Source: an uncultured Desulfospira sp. (GTDB taxonomy: Bacteria; Desulfobacterota; Desulfobacteria; Desulfobacterales; Desulfobacteraceae). Taken from it: a DNA stretch of 64,000 nucleotides. The stretch is from assembly GCA_963663165.1 (NCBI GenBank), contig OY760175.1, positions 3,296,001-3,360,000 of the forward strand. The letters are read 5' to 3'. The number at the start of each line of letters is the position of its first letter. Positions within the stretch are counted from its first letter, which is position 1. Positions 1 to 9,767 of the stretch are shown here, piece by piece. Below the pieces are notes generated by a model. The model was given only the letters and a program-made list of their open reading frames with translations. It was not told the origin of the DNA and searched no databases. The position numbers and the translations under genes were made by a program.

Positions 1-67
1 CTTCATTGGCCGATACGGCACCAAAGCGCTTGGTAATGCCGGACAGTCTGAGAACAGGGTCGGTCAT
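1..67 (-). CDS. ABC transporter ATP-binding protein, sugar/nucleoside type (5' end only, runs off window)
   Basis: Manual translation MTDPVLRLSGITKRFGAVSANE; lies directly downstream of the BMP gene. Confidence 0.75.
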   Translation of the reverse strand, partial: MTDPVLRLSGITKRFGAVSANE

Positions 68-90
68 GGCGGTCTATCCTATAAGTTGGT

Positions 91-1080
91 CTAGAAGCTG
101 GACTTGGGTTCGTTGTCGTTAATGGGAATTTCAAGTTTTCCGGCCACGATATCGGCTTTGGCCTGTTCAACGGCCGCTTTCATGTCCGCCGGGACCTTGT
201 CCTCAAATTCATACATGGGGGAAAGACTTGCCCCGCCCTTGGCCATCATGGTCCATTCACGGTAATCTTCGGCTTTAAAGGTTTTGGCCTTTACCAGGGA
301 GATGGCGTGATTGACGGCCGGTTCCATGTGCCACAGGGCCGAGACCACCACCACGTTCTGGCCGTTTTCTTCCTTGTTCATGTCGTTGACGTTGCCAAAA
401 GCAATGATGCCCTTTTCCCTGGCCGCATCCACCACGCCGGCCCGTTCGGCATAAAGAACGTCCACGCCGGCTTCCACCTGGGCATAGGCAAATTCTTTGG
501 CCTTTGGCGGATCATACCAGGAACCGATAAAAGAAACTTTAAATGCCACGTCAGGGTTGACCTTTCTGGCCCCGGCCATAAAGGCGTTGAACAGCCGGTT
601 AACCTCTCCGATGGGATATCCGCCCACCATACCGATTTTATTGGATGTTGTCATTTTTCCGGCAATCATGCCCATGAGGTAGCAGGGCTCATGAATATAA
701 TTGTCAAAAACAGACAGATTGGGTTCGGCCGGGCCAAAGGTGTCCCCCATCAGGTAGGCCGTATCCGGATAATCTTTGGCCACTTTTCTGACGTCCCTTG
801 AAATCCCAAAGGCCTCGCCCACCACCAGGTCAACCCCTTTTTCAGAGTATTCCCGCAATACCCTTATATAATCGGTGTTGGATACTTTTTCAGAATAGGC
901 ATACTCAATTTCACCAGCATCGGCCGCTTTCTGCAATGCCTTGTGCAGGCAGGCATCCCATTTTTGCTGGATGGGCTGGGTGTAAATGCCCGCTACCTTT
1001 ATTTTATCACCGGCAAAGGCCTGTCCAGAAAACAGCAAGCCGACTGCCACACATACCGCAACCACATTTAAGCGTTTCAT
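91..1080 (-). CDS. BMP-family ABC transporter substrate-binding protein (purine/nucleoside-like)
   Basis: Signal peptide MKRLNVVAV...AFA; motifs KIGMVGG, F-x-AGA, SFIGSWYDP; start moved to ATG 1080 after AAGGAA. Confidence 0.85.
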   Translation of the reverse strand: MKRLNVVAVCVAVGLLFSGQAFAGDKIKVAGIYTQPIQQKWDACLHKALQKAADAGEIEYAYSEKVSNTDYIRVLREYSEKGVDLVVGEAFGISRDVRKVAKDYPDTAYLMGDTFGPAEPNLSVFDNYIHEPCYLMGMIAGKMTTSNKIGMVGGYPIGEVNRLFNAFMAGARKVNPDVAFKVSFIGSWYDPPKAKEFAYAQVEAGVDVLYAERAGVVDAAREKGIIAFGNVNDMNKEENGQNVVVVSALWHMEPAVNHAISLVKAKTFKAEDYREWTMMAKGGASLSPMYEFEDKVPADMKAAVEQAKADIVAGKLEIPINDNEPKSSF

Positions 1081-1617
1081 AATGTTCCTTTTTAAATTAA
1101 CCGTTAACATTTCCCCCGGCGCACTGGGGCGATTCCCATTTGCCGGCCATGCATTTGCAGCCTTTGCAAAAATAATGCAAAAACCATGCAAAAACAAATT
1201 CTGCAAATCAAATATCCCGGATGGGTCTTTTAGCATGCCGGGGGGCTTAAATCAACGCGGGTTTCAGAAAGTCCGGGCAGGTCCGCCGGGCAGTGTCAAA
1301 GGAAACCAAAAACGTAACAACCGATCCGGCCATAAGCCTTGAAATTACAAAATGGTATGTGGTGTTAAAGATAAAATTTGTGAATTCTATATGCTTTTTA
1401 TGGCGTGTTCAATGTATTTTGACCGGGTTGTCATCGGATCAGGACTTAAAAAATCTTCGTATATCACATCAATTCATGATAAATGCGGCATGGTTTCCCG
1501 TTGGCGGTTTGACAAAAAGATTTGAGTCCTATATGTTTTTATCCAAATAATGCATTGTGAATACAGATATATCAGATGACCCCAAAGCGGGGTTGACCGA
1601 AATATACAGGAAAATAA

Positions 1618-2847
1618 ATGGATAAAATCGTCATAGACAATTTATATAAAATATTCGGACCTGAGCCGAAAAAGGCCATCAAACTGCTTGAGCAGGGGCT
1701 TGAAAAAGATGAAGTCCTTGAAAAGACCGGCATGACCGTCGGGGTCAACAAGGCCTCCTTTTCCATAGAAGAGGGGGAGATCTTTGTGATCATGGGGCTG
1801 TCCGGATCCGGCAAATCCACCCTGGTAAGAATGATCAACCGGCTGATTGAACCGTCTGGCGGGAATGTGGTCATCAACGGGGAAAATATCACCCGGATGG
1901 CGCCAGAAGACCTGGTCAAATTCCGGCTTAACCATATGAGCATGGTGTTTCAGTCCTTTGCCCTGATGCCCCATCTCACGGTTTTGGAAAATGCGGCTTT
2001 CGGGCTGGAACTGGCCGGCGTGCCGACGAAAAAGAGAAAAGAACGGGCCATGGCCGCCTTATCCCAGGTCGGGCTGGAGGGGTGGGAGGATCAGCTGCCC
2101 CGACAGTTGTCTGGCGGCATGCAGCAGCGGGTGGGCCTGGCCCGGGGCCTGGCCGTGGACCCGGACATCATGCTCATGGACGAGGCCTTTTCCGCCCTGG
2201 ACCCCCTGATCCGGACCGAGATGCAGGACGAACTGCTCAAACTCCAGGAAGACAGCACCCGGACCATTGTGTTTATCTCCCATGATCTGGATGAGGCCCT
2301 GCGCATCGGGGACCGCATCGCCATCATGGAAGGCGGCCGGGTCGTCCAGGTGGGCAGCCCCGAAGAAATCCTCCAGAATCCGGCCGACGATTACGTCCGG
2401 GCTTTTTTCAGGGGGGTGGATCCCACCAACGTCATCTGTGCCAAAGATATTGCCATCCCCTCCAACCCCACCATCATTAAAACCAAAAAAGGCGGTATCC
2501 GGGCGGCCCTGGAGATGCTCAACGCCAAAGATTATAACTACGGGTATGTCCTTAATGCCAAAGGCGGGTTTCTCGGGCTGGTCTCTGTGGATTCCTTAAC
2601 CCGGGCCGTTGAACAGGGAAAAACAGGAGACCCCATTGATATCTGTTACCTGCCCGGGGCCAAAGCGGTCAGGGATGAGGACAACATGCAGGATATCTTA
2701 GCAGAGGTGGCAGAACGGCCCTGGCCCATTCCCGTGGTCAACGGCACCGGCAAATACCTGGGGGTTGTTTCTAAAAACCGGTTTTTAAAAACCCTGCATA
2801 AATCCGATCATAACGGCGGCAGCCAGGCCGCTGCCCTGGAGGCGTAA
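1618..2847 (+). CDS. proV: Glycine betaine/proline ABC transporter ATP-binding subunit with C-terminal CBS domains
   Basis: GLSGSGKST Walker A, LSGGMQQRVGLAR, DEAFSALDPLIR. Confidence 0.95.
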   Translation: MDKIVIDNLYKIFGPEPKKAIKLLEQGLEKDEVLEKTGMTVGVNKASFSIEEGEIFVIMGLSGSGKSTLVRMINRLIEPSGGNVVINGENITRMAPEDLVKFRLNHMSMVFQSFALMPHLTVLENAAFGLELAGVPTKKRKERAMAALSQVGLEGWEDQLPRQLSGGMQQRVGLARGLAVDPDIMLMDEAFSALDPLIRTEMQDELLKLQEDSTRTIVFISHDLDEALRIGDRIAIMEGGRVVQVGSPEEILQNPADDYVRAFFRGVDPTNVICAKDIAIPSNPTIIKTKKGGIRAALEMLNAKDYNYGYVLNAKGGFLGLVSVDSLTRAVEQGKTGDPIDICYLPGAKAVRDEDNMQDILAEVAERPWPIPVVNGTGKYLGVVSKNRFLKTLHKSDHNGGSQAAALEA

Positions 2848-2848
2848 T

Positions 2849-3679
2849 ATGTTTACCGATAAAGTGCTGAACCTGGATGTCTGGATTTCCGGGTTTGTGG
2901 AATGGCTGGTGGAAAATTACAGAGGGGTTTTCCAGATGATTAAATGGCCTGTGGAACAGACCCTCTCCGGTTTTGACGTTGCCCTGAACTATATCCATCC
3001 GGTCATTGTCATCGTTGTTCTGACCCTGGCGGCCTTGAAGTTCTCCGGCCGGGGCCTGGCCGTATTTTCATTAATTTCCATGGTCCTTATCGGGCTTCTC
3101 GGCCTGTGGGCAGACACCATGACCACCCTGGCCATGGTCCTGGCATCGGTATTGTTCTGCTGCATTGTGGGGATACCTCTGGGCATTGCATCGGGGCGAA
3201 GCGATACCGTTGAACAGATCCTGCGCCCATTTCTGGACGCCATGCAGACCACCCCCTCATTTGTCTATCTGGTGCCCATTGTCATGCTCTTTTCAGTGGG
3301 AAACGTGGCTGGGGTCCTGGCCACCATTATTTTTGCCATGCCGCCCATTATCCGGCTGACCAGCCTGGGAATCAGGGGGGTTCACCCGGAGCTGGTGGAA
3401 GCGGCCCTGGCCTTCGGGGCCACCAGAACCCAGGTGCTGGTCAAGGTCCAGGTTCCCCTGGCCATGCCCACCATCCTGGCCGGTTTAAACCAGACCATCA
3501 TGATGGCCCTGGCCATGGTGGTGATTGCCGCTTTGATCGGGGCCGGAGGGTTGGGGTCTCCCGTGGTCCTGGGGTTGAATACCCTGGACATCGGGCTGGC
3601 AGTGATTGCCGGATTAAGTATTGTGCTGCTGGCCATGGTGCTGGATCGAATTACACAGTCCATGGCCAAAAAGAATTAA
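2849..3679 (+). CDS. proW: Glycine betaine/proline ABC transporter permease
   Basis: LDAMQTTPSFVYLVP and EAA motif (ELVEAALAFGAT); operon position. Confidence 0.93.
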   Translation: MFTDKVLNLDVWISGFVEWLVENYRGVFQMIKWPVEQTLSGFDVALNYIHPVIVIVVLTLAALKFSGRGLAVFSLISMVLIGLLGLWADTMTTLAMVLASVLFCCIVGIPLGIASGRSDTVEQILRPFLDAMQTTPSFVYLVPIVMLFSVGNVAGVLATIIFAMPPIIRLTSLGIRGVHPELVEAALAFGATRTQVLVKVQVPLAMPTILAGLNQTIMMALAMVVIAALIGAGGLGSPVVLGLNTLDIGLAVIAGLSIVLLAMVLDRITQSMAKKN

Positions 3680-3688
3680 GAATCTGAT

Positions 3689-3840
3689 GTAACTGTTCAG
3701 CAGTGCCCCATCTTCGCTCATTCAGGCCTTCTCACATAGCAACAGTATGCTACGAAGGCCTGACTAAACAAATATGAAGCACTGATGAACAGTTACGGAC
3801 CCTTGTTTTGCTTAGTTTTCAGCATTAGCTGAATAGTTAC
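3689..3840. mobile_element. 152-bp MITE, copy 1
   Basis: Ends GTAACTGTTCAGC...GCTGAATAGTTAC; 8-bp direct repeat AATCTGAT at 3681-3688 and 3841-3848; near-identical reverse-complement copy at 27892-28043. Confidence 0.92.
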
Positions 3841-3870
3841 AATCTGATTAAATAAAAAAGTACAGGAGGA

Positions 3871-4905
3871 GTGACTATGCGCGATTTGAGAATATGGACG
3901 TTGGCCGGCCTGGCCGTGATGTTGTGGGGTACAGTAAGCTGGGCCGGCACCAGCCTGCCGGGAAAGGGGATTACCCTGCAGCCGGCCCGGGCCACCTGGG
4001 ACACGGGGTTTTTCCAGGAAGCCATTGTCAGCAAAGGGCTTGAGGCCATGGGCTATAAAGTCAAACCGCCCAAGGACCTTGCCAATCCCATTGCCTATAA
4101 GTCCATTTGCCTGGGGGATATTCAGTATTGGACCAATGGGTGGTATCCCAACCACATCAGTCAGACCCCCAAAAATTTTGATGAAAAAGCCGAATGGGTG
4201 GGCATGCTGATGAAATCAGGCGGCCTGCAAGGCTACCTGGTCTCCAAGGATGCTGTGGATAAGTACAACATAAAGTCCCTGGATGACTTCAAGCGTGAAG
4301 AGGTGAAAAAGGCCTTTGACAAAAACCATGACGGCAAAGCCGACCTCACTGCCTGCCCGCCGGGATGGGGCTGTGAAAACGTTATTGCCCATCATATGAA
4401 GGCTTACGACCTGGAGGGTTCCATTAACCCGGTCAAGGCCGCTTATAACGCGGGAATGGCTGATGCCATCGGCGCTTACAAGAACGGCGAGCCCATTTTC
4501 TTTTACACCTGGGCCCCCAACTGGACCACGGGCATCCTGGTGCCGGGCAAAGACGTGATGTGGATTAATGTTCCCAAAATCATCCCCAAGGAAACCCAGA
4601 AACCCATGGCTGAGAATATGACCGGTTCGGTTCCCGGGGCGGTGTCCGATCCCGTGAAACTCGGGTTTGTGATTTCAGATATCCGTGTGGTTGCCAACAA
4701 GAAGTTTTTGAACGAAAACCCTGCCGCCAGAAAGTTTTTTGAACTGTTCAAGCTGTCATCCGCTGATGTCAACGCCCAGAATAAACGCATGCACACCGGC
4801 GAAAAGACCCAGAAAGACATTGAACGGCATGCCGATGAATGGATCGCCAAGAACCAGGCCACCTGGGACAAATGGATTGCCGAATCCCTCAAGGCAGCCC
4901 AATAG
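3871..4905 (+). CDS. proX: Glycine betaine/proline ABC transporter periplasmic binding protein
   Basis: Signal peptide; QGYLVSK, ADLTACPPGWGCE, FFYTWAPNW; RBS AGGAGG (start 3871 GTG or 3877 ATG). Confidence 0.93.
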   Translation: MTMRDLRIWTLAGLAVMLWGTVSWAGTSLPGKGITLQPARATWDTGFFQEAIVSKGLEAMGYKVKPPKDLANPIAYKSICLGDIQYWTNGWYPNHISQTPKNFDEKAEWVGMLMKSGGLQGYLVSKDAVDKYNIKSLDDFKREEVKKAFDKNHDGKADLTACPPGWGCENVIAHHMKAYDLEGSINPVKAAYNAGMADAIGAYKNGEPIFFYTWAPNWTTGILVPGKDVMWINVPKIIPKETQKPMAENMTGSVPGAVSDPVKLGFVISDIRVVANKKFLNENPAARKFFELFKLSSADVNAQNKRMHTGEKTQKDIERHADEWIAKNQATWDKWIAESLKAAQ

Positions 4906-4931
4906 AACCGACAGAATCATTCAGCAAAGAC

Positions 4932-4976
4932 AGGCCGGGTCCTTTCCGTTGTATCGGGAAGGCCCCGGCTTTTTAA
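4932..4976 (+). terminator. Intrinsic terminator after proX
   Basis: GCCGGG...CCCGGC hairpin followed by a T tract, between convergent genes. Confidence 0.6.
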
Positions 4977-5019
4977 TTTCCACATTGCGGGTATTTTGAA
5001 ACGGATGAAGTTAACATCC

Positions 5020-5769
5020 TTAAAAAATCCCGTCGTACAGCAGCTTCATGCCGGACAGAAACAAAGCGGTGTAAAGGAATCGATAGATTATTTTCTGAGA
5101 GACCCGGTTTAAAATCAGATTGCCGAGTTTCACCCCGATGGGGGCCAGGGGCATCAAAATTACAGAGGTCATGAGGTTGGAGCCATCCAGCTCTCCCAGA
5201 AGGGTATAGGGGATCAGTTTGAGGTAATTCATCACGGTAAAAAAGATGGCCATGGTTCCCATAAGTACCACCCGGTCAAGATTCTGGGGCAGCAGGTAAA
5301 CACTTAAAGGCGCTCCGCCGGCATGAATCTGGGTGCTGGTAAACCCGGACACAATGCCCCAGATCCAGCCGCTGAGCCGGCCTCCTTTTTTGCGTTGGCT
5401 GAACCTTGACCCGATCCAGTAATTCAGACAAAAGGTAACGCAAATCACACCGATAATGATCCGGATGGCATCCTCGGACAGGTGCCCCATGAGCAGGGAG
5501 GCGGTGATAATCCCCACAATGCCTGCGGGAACAAGGATTTTTAAATGGTACAGATCAAATGATTTTTTAAAACTCCAGATGGCAAAAAGGTCCATGAGGC
5601 ACAGGACCGGCAGCAGAATGCCGGCGGCCGCAACGGGATTGATGACAAGGCTCATGGCTGGAATCGCCACAGCGCCCAGGGACGGCCCTAAACCGCCCTT
5701 GGACATGCCGTATAAAAGTACACACGGAACCGCCACCATATAAAAATGCGGATCTGATATAAAACTCAC
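5020..5769 (-). CDS. Sulfite exporter TauE/SafE family membrane protein
   Basis: GMSKGGLG, LLPVLCLMD, SGFTS...HAGGAP; start set at GTG 5769 after AAGGAA. Confidence 0.85.
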   Translation of the reverse strand: MSFISDPHFYMVAVPCVLLYGMSKGGLGPSLGAVAIPAMSLVINPVAAAGILLPVLCLMDLFAIWSFKKSFDLYHLKILVPAGIVGIITASLLMGHLSEDAIRIIIGVICVTFCLNYWIGSRFSQRKKGGRLSGWIWGIVSGFTSTQIHAGGAPLSVYLLPQNLDRVVLMGTMAIFFTVMNYLKLIPYTLLGELDGSNLMTSVILMPLAPIGVKLGNLILNRVSQKIIYRFLYTALFLSGMKLLYDGIF

Positions 5770-6027
5770 AAGATTTCCTTTCTTTGGGCATTCTCTTTTC
5801 AGGGCATTATCCCGCCAGCACACCCGAACCCCGCTGCAAATCCAGCCCGTATTCATAATTTTACAGGTCAATAGTTATAACCATCTTTGAGCAGCCTGCA
5901 ATATGATGCCATCAAAAACCCCTGTTTTGTATATCACAGTTAAGGGTAGGAATTAAAATGATGTAAAAAACGGAAACCGGAGAAAAGGAGACAGGAGACC
6001 GGATGAGGCGGTGTTGTTGGGTCGGTC

Positions 6028-6096
6028 GTAGGGGCGATTCATGAATCGCCCTTTCATGAAGAACCTTTACGTGGGCAATTCATGAATTGCCCCCAC
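6028..6096. repeat. GTAG-type REP doublet (REPIN-like)
   Basis: GTAGGGGCGATTCATGAATCGCCCT at 6028-6052 and inverted GGGCAATTCATGAATTGCCCCCAC at 6073-6096. Confidence 0.8.
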
Positions 6097-6202
6097 ACCT
6101 CCACCTGTAATAATGATAATCCAAGATATAAACCTCACAACCCCAACACCACCCAACAGTTTTGGCACCATCCGGCCCAATGGCTTCACCACTGATTTAG
6201 GG

Positions 6203-6238
6203 TTGACATAAATTTAGTAGCTACTATAATAGTCACTA
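6203..6238 (+). promoter_or_regulatory. Sigma-70 promoter with overlapping palindromic operator for azlC-azlD-trmB
   Basis: TTGACA(6203)-N16-TATAAT(6225); palindromes TAGTAGCTACTA (6215-6226) and TAGTCACTA (6230-6238). Confidence 0.75.
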
Positions 6239-6262
6239 TTGACATCAGGGAGGGCAGGTAAC

Positions 6263-6970
6263 ATGAAATCATCGGTTATTCAGGATGCCGTAAAAGCGGG
6301 CATCCCCATATTTATCGGCTATTTCCCGGCGGCGGTGGCCTTTGGCATCCTGGCCAAGACCACCGGGGTGTCGCTGCTGGAGGCCTTTTTATTCTCTGCC
6401 GTGGTCTTTGCCGGTGCCAGCCAGTTCATTGCCTTGAACCTTCTTTCCACGGGCATGGGGCCGGTGGGCATTATTTTAACCACCCTGCTGGTGAATTTCC
6501 GTCATTTTCTCATGAGCGCTTATCTGTCTACCCGGATCCGGGAAAAACTGGTGCGGTATTATTTCCCCATGGCCTTTGGGGTGACCGATGAAACCTTTTC
6601 GGTCATGTCCTTTACCCAAACCCCGTTAACCAAAACCTTTGTCATGGCCCTGGAGTTCAGCGCCTATTCGGGCTGGGTCCTGGGGACCCTGGCCGGATAC
6701 CTTTTGGGCGGGTTCATGCCCGCCGTATTGACCCAGAGCATGGGGGTGGCCCTCTATGCCCTGCTGCTGGCCATTCTCATGCCGGAACTGAAATCCTCGA
6801 CCCGGTCTCTGGTTCTTGCCGTTTCATCGGGGCTTTTAAACTGGGTCCTGGTCACGGCGGATGTCCTGCCCAAGGGGTGGAGCATTATTGCCTGTATTCT
6901 GGTGGTGGCGTCAGCGGGCGCCATGCTGGCCCCGGTCCCGTTAAAAAAGGAGGAAAACGCCCATGGATAA
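6263..6970 (+). CDS. azlC: AzlC-family branched-chain amino acid exporter
   Basis: VFAGASQF, LVNFRHFLMS, FGVTDETF. Confidence 0.92.
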   Translation: MKSSVIQDAVKAGIPIFIGYFPAAVAFGILAKTTGVSLLEAFLFSAVVFAGASQFIALNLLSTGMGPVGIILTTLLVNFRHFLMSAYLSTRIREKLVRYYFPMAFGVTDETFSVMSFTQTPLTKTFVMALEFSAYSGWVLGTLAGYLLGGFMPAVLTQSMGVALYALLLAILMPELKSSTRSLVLAVSSGLLNWVLVTADVLPKGWSIIACILVVASAGAMLAPVPLKKEENAHG

Positions 6971-7268
6971 AAGTCTGATCCCTTTAATTCTCGGCATGGC
7001 CGCCGTGACCTACGGCCCCCGGCTGGCCCCCTTTCTGTTTTTCAGGAACGCCCGGGTTCCGGCCCGGGTGGACGCATTTTTAAAATGCATCCCCGTGGCC
7101 GCCATTGGGGCACTGATTGTCCCCGGCGCCTTTACCGCCACCCCGGACCTGCCCGTTGCCGCCGTCCTGGGCATGGGGTTTACCCTGATCTACGGGCTTT
7201 TCAGGGGCGGGATCATTGTCCCGGTCCTGGGCTCTGTGGCCGTGGCCTGGCTGGCCTTGAGCCTATAG
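6963..7268 (+). CDS. azlD: AzlD-family membrane protein
   Basis: ILGMAAVTYGPRLAPF; overlaps the azlC stop. Confidence 0.88.
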   Translation: MDKSLIPLILGMAAVTYGPRLAPFLFFRNARVPARVDAFLKCIPVAAIGALIVPGAFTATPDLPVAAVLGMGFTLIYGLFRGGIIVPVLGSVAVAWLALSL

Positions 7269-7277
7269 GATGTTGCC

Positions 7278-8126
7278 ATGGATAAAATTGTTCAGATCAC
7301 AGACCACATGAAGGCCCTGGGATTTTCGGCCTACGAATGCAAGGCTTATCTGGCCCTTTTGGAGGAATTCCCCCAGAATGGGTATGCCTTGAGCAAGGCA
7401 TCGGGCATCCCGAGATCCCGGATATACGAAGTCCTGAAAAATCTGATCGACAAACAGATGGTGTTTGAACAGGATGACGGGAAAACCAGGGTCTATACCC
7501 CCATGGCGCCGGAAATTTTCATCAAAAAACTTAAAACCCGGTACCGGAAAATATTTGACGACCTTACGGAATACGCCGGCACCCTTTACCGGGAGCCCAA
7601 ACAGGACGACCGGCTGGTGGTCATCCAGGGCCGGGACAATATCCTGTCCTTTTTGAATGTCCTGATCAAAGGGGCCCGGCACCGGGTGGCCATTTTTATC
7701 TGGGATGAGGAATTAGAAGAGCTGTCTTCTGAACTGGATGCGGCCCTGGACCGGGGCGTTAAGCTCAGGGGAATCTATTTCGGCCGGGAAACCCATTTTA
7801 AGGATCTGGTGCCCCATCGGCGCCTTGACCGGTACACGGCGGAGAAAAAAGAACGCTACCTGTCGGTCATCGTTGACCGGACCCATGCGGTGTCCGGCAC
7901 GGTCTCCCGGGGGCAGGCCTCAAAAGCCACCTGGACACGGGACGAAGGCTTTGTGGAAATCAGCGAGGACTATATCTCCCATGACCTGGTGGTCAACCTC
8001 TATTCCGCCTCCCTGGACCATGACGCCTATGAAAAATTCGAAGCCTTTTCCGACAGTGTCCACGACTATTTCTTTCACTATAAGGAACCCACAACCGGTT
8101 TTCAGTCTGCACGAATGGTAAAATAG
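7278..8126 (+). CDS. TrmB-family transcriptional regulator
   Basis: LGFSAYECKAYLALL...GYALSKASGIPRSRIYEVL winged-helix motif. Confidence 0.9.
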   Translation: MDKIVQITDHMKALGFSAYECKAYLALLEEFPQNGYALSKASGIPRSRIYEVLKNLIDKQMVFEQDDGKTRVYTPMAPEIFIKKLKTRYRKIFDDLTEYAGTLYREPKQDDRLVVIQGRDNILSFLNVLIKGARHRVAIFIWDEELEELSSELDAALDRGVKLRGIYFGRETHFKDLVPHRRLDRYTAEKKERYLSVIVDRTHAVSGTVSRGQASKATWTRDEGFVEISEDYISHDLVVNLYSASLDHDAYEKFEAFSDSVHDYFFHYKEPTTGFQSARMVK

Positions 8127-8276
8127 GGGACAAAACAGTCCCAATGAAAAACGGGGTCTGCCCCTGATTTTTCTATTTGCCTTGCCTTCAGGCTGACATG
8201 TGAGGTAGAAACACTTCATATGGTTTAAACATACCAATGTCTTTCAAATAAAGCCCTTTTTATCAGGAGGATCTCT

Positions 8277-9767
8277 ATGAGCGACAAGGGGGGACGACTT
8301 AACTTCAGTTTTGATTTTCAGCCCCAATCCGGCGGTCCGGCCAAAAGCCGTCCTTCGGAAGATAAACCTTTCCGGGTTCTGCTGATGGCGGATCTGACCG
8401 GACGGGCCCAGCGCAATGTTGAAAGCGCTGAGGACCTGGGTTTGCGACAATGTCTGCGGATTGATGTGGATAACTTTGATACCGTCCTGACAAAGTATGC
8501 GCCCTGTATCCAGTGGCCCATCGGCAAGGCTGTTTTCAAGGAGCTGGAGGATTTTCATCCCGACCAGCTGTATCGCAGCCTCGAAATTTTCAAGTCCCTG
8601 CGGGATACCCGAAAAAAACTCAACGATCCCGGCACCAGTGCAGAGGTGATTAAGGGGTTGCGCTCGGAAATGCCGGACCCGCCGCCGGTGTCTGAAACCA
8701 GAGCCCATGAAAGTCGTGAAGACAACCTCCTTGACAGCCTGCTGGGCAGGCCGTCAAATTCTAAAGAGACGTCACCGGTCTCTTCACCGGCTAAGGACAC
8801 CCTGTCTTCCCTGATCCACCAGATCGTTGCGCCTCATATCGTGAAGGCTGATCCCCGCATCGATGAATACACGGCATCGGTGGATGCTGCCATCAGCCAT
8901 CAAATGGGTGCGGTCCTTCACCACCGGGATTTCCAGGCCCTAGAAGCGGTCTGGACGGGGATCTGGGAGCTGGTAGCAGGCATTGAAACGGATGACGGGT
9001 TTGAATTATGCCTGCTGGATGCCACTAAAAAGGAACTGCTTGATGACCTTGACGCCCATAAGGAGAGCCTTACCGGCAGTGGCCTTTACCGGCAATGGGT
9101 AGACAAGGCCGCCGGGGCTCCCGATGGTCAGCCCTGGTCCCTGTTGGCCGGGTGCTATGATTTTGAGAACAATGAAGACGATATGGCACTTCTGGCCGGC
9201 CTTGGACTTCTGGCAGCCCATGCCCAGGCCCCGTTTCTGGCCGATGCCGCCCCGTCCCTTGCGGGATGCCCCTCCTTTGACAAGGCCCCTGATCCGGCGG
9301 ACTGGACCGGGGAAGCACCGCTGTGGGATACCTTAAGAAAAAGCCCGGCAGCCCCGTGGATCGGCCTGGCCTGCCCCCGTGTCCTCATGCGCACCCCCTA
9401 CGGCCGGTCAACCGAAGAAATTGATGCCTTTGAATTTGAAGAGCTGGGAGAGATGCCCGATCACGAGCATTTCCTGTGGGGCAGCGCAGCCCTTTCCTGT
9501 GTCAGGCTCATGGGTATGGCATTTCAGGAACAGGGCTGGAACATGCGGCTGGAAGGCCGTCTGGACCTGGAGGACCTGCCCGCCTATACCCTGAGCGTTA
9601 AAGGCGAAAAACAACTCAAACCCTGCGCCGAAGCCTTCCTGTCCGAGCGTGCCGGGGATGAGCTTTCCCGGCGGGGCCTTACGGCACTGCTGAGTTTCCG
9701 TCACCAGAACGCTGTCCGGGTCCGGAACATTCAATCCATTGCCGACCCGCCCACAGCCCTTAATTGA
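8277..9767 (+). CDS. Type VI secretion contractile-sheath-like protein (TssB-like N-terminus fused to TssC/EvpB-like domain)
   Basis: PFRVLLMADLTG, IDVDNFD, ELEDFHPDQL (TssB-like); VLHHRDFQALEAVW, AAHAQAPFLA, WIGLACPRVLMRTPYG, FLWGSAA (TssC-like). Confidence 0.8.
   Translation: MSDKGGRLNFSFDFQPQSGGPAKSRPSEDKPFRVLLMADLTGRAQRNVESAEDLGLRQCLRIDVDNFDTVLTKYAPCIQWPIGKAVFKELEDFHPDQLYRSLEIFKSLRDTRKKLNDPGTSAEVIKGLRSEMPDPPPVSETRAHESREDNLLDSLLGRPSNSKETSPVSSPAKDTLSSLIHQIVAPHIVKADPRIDEYTASVDAAISHQMGAVLHHRDFQALEAVWTGIWELVAGIETDDGFELCLLDATKKELLDDLDAHKESLTGSGLYRQWVDKAAGAPDGQPWSLLAGCYDFENNEDDMALLAGLGLLAAHAQAPFLADAAPSLAGCPSFDKAPDPADWTGEAPLWDTLRKSPAAPWIGLACPRVLMRTPYGRSTEEIDAFEFEELGEMPDHEHFLWGSAALSCVRLMGMAFQEQGWNMRLEGRLDLEDLPAYTLSVKGEKQLKPCAEAFLSERAGDELSRRGLTALLSFRHQNAVRVRNIQSIADPPTALN

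Noticed and set aside
1140..1200. Repeated TGCA(A) motifs upstream of the BMP gene as a sigma-54 site
   Set aside because: Lacks the invariant GG at -24 with correct spacing; may be an operator but is unsupported
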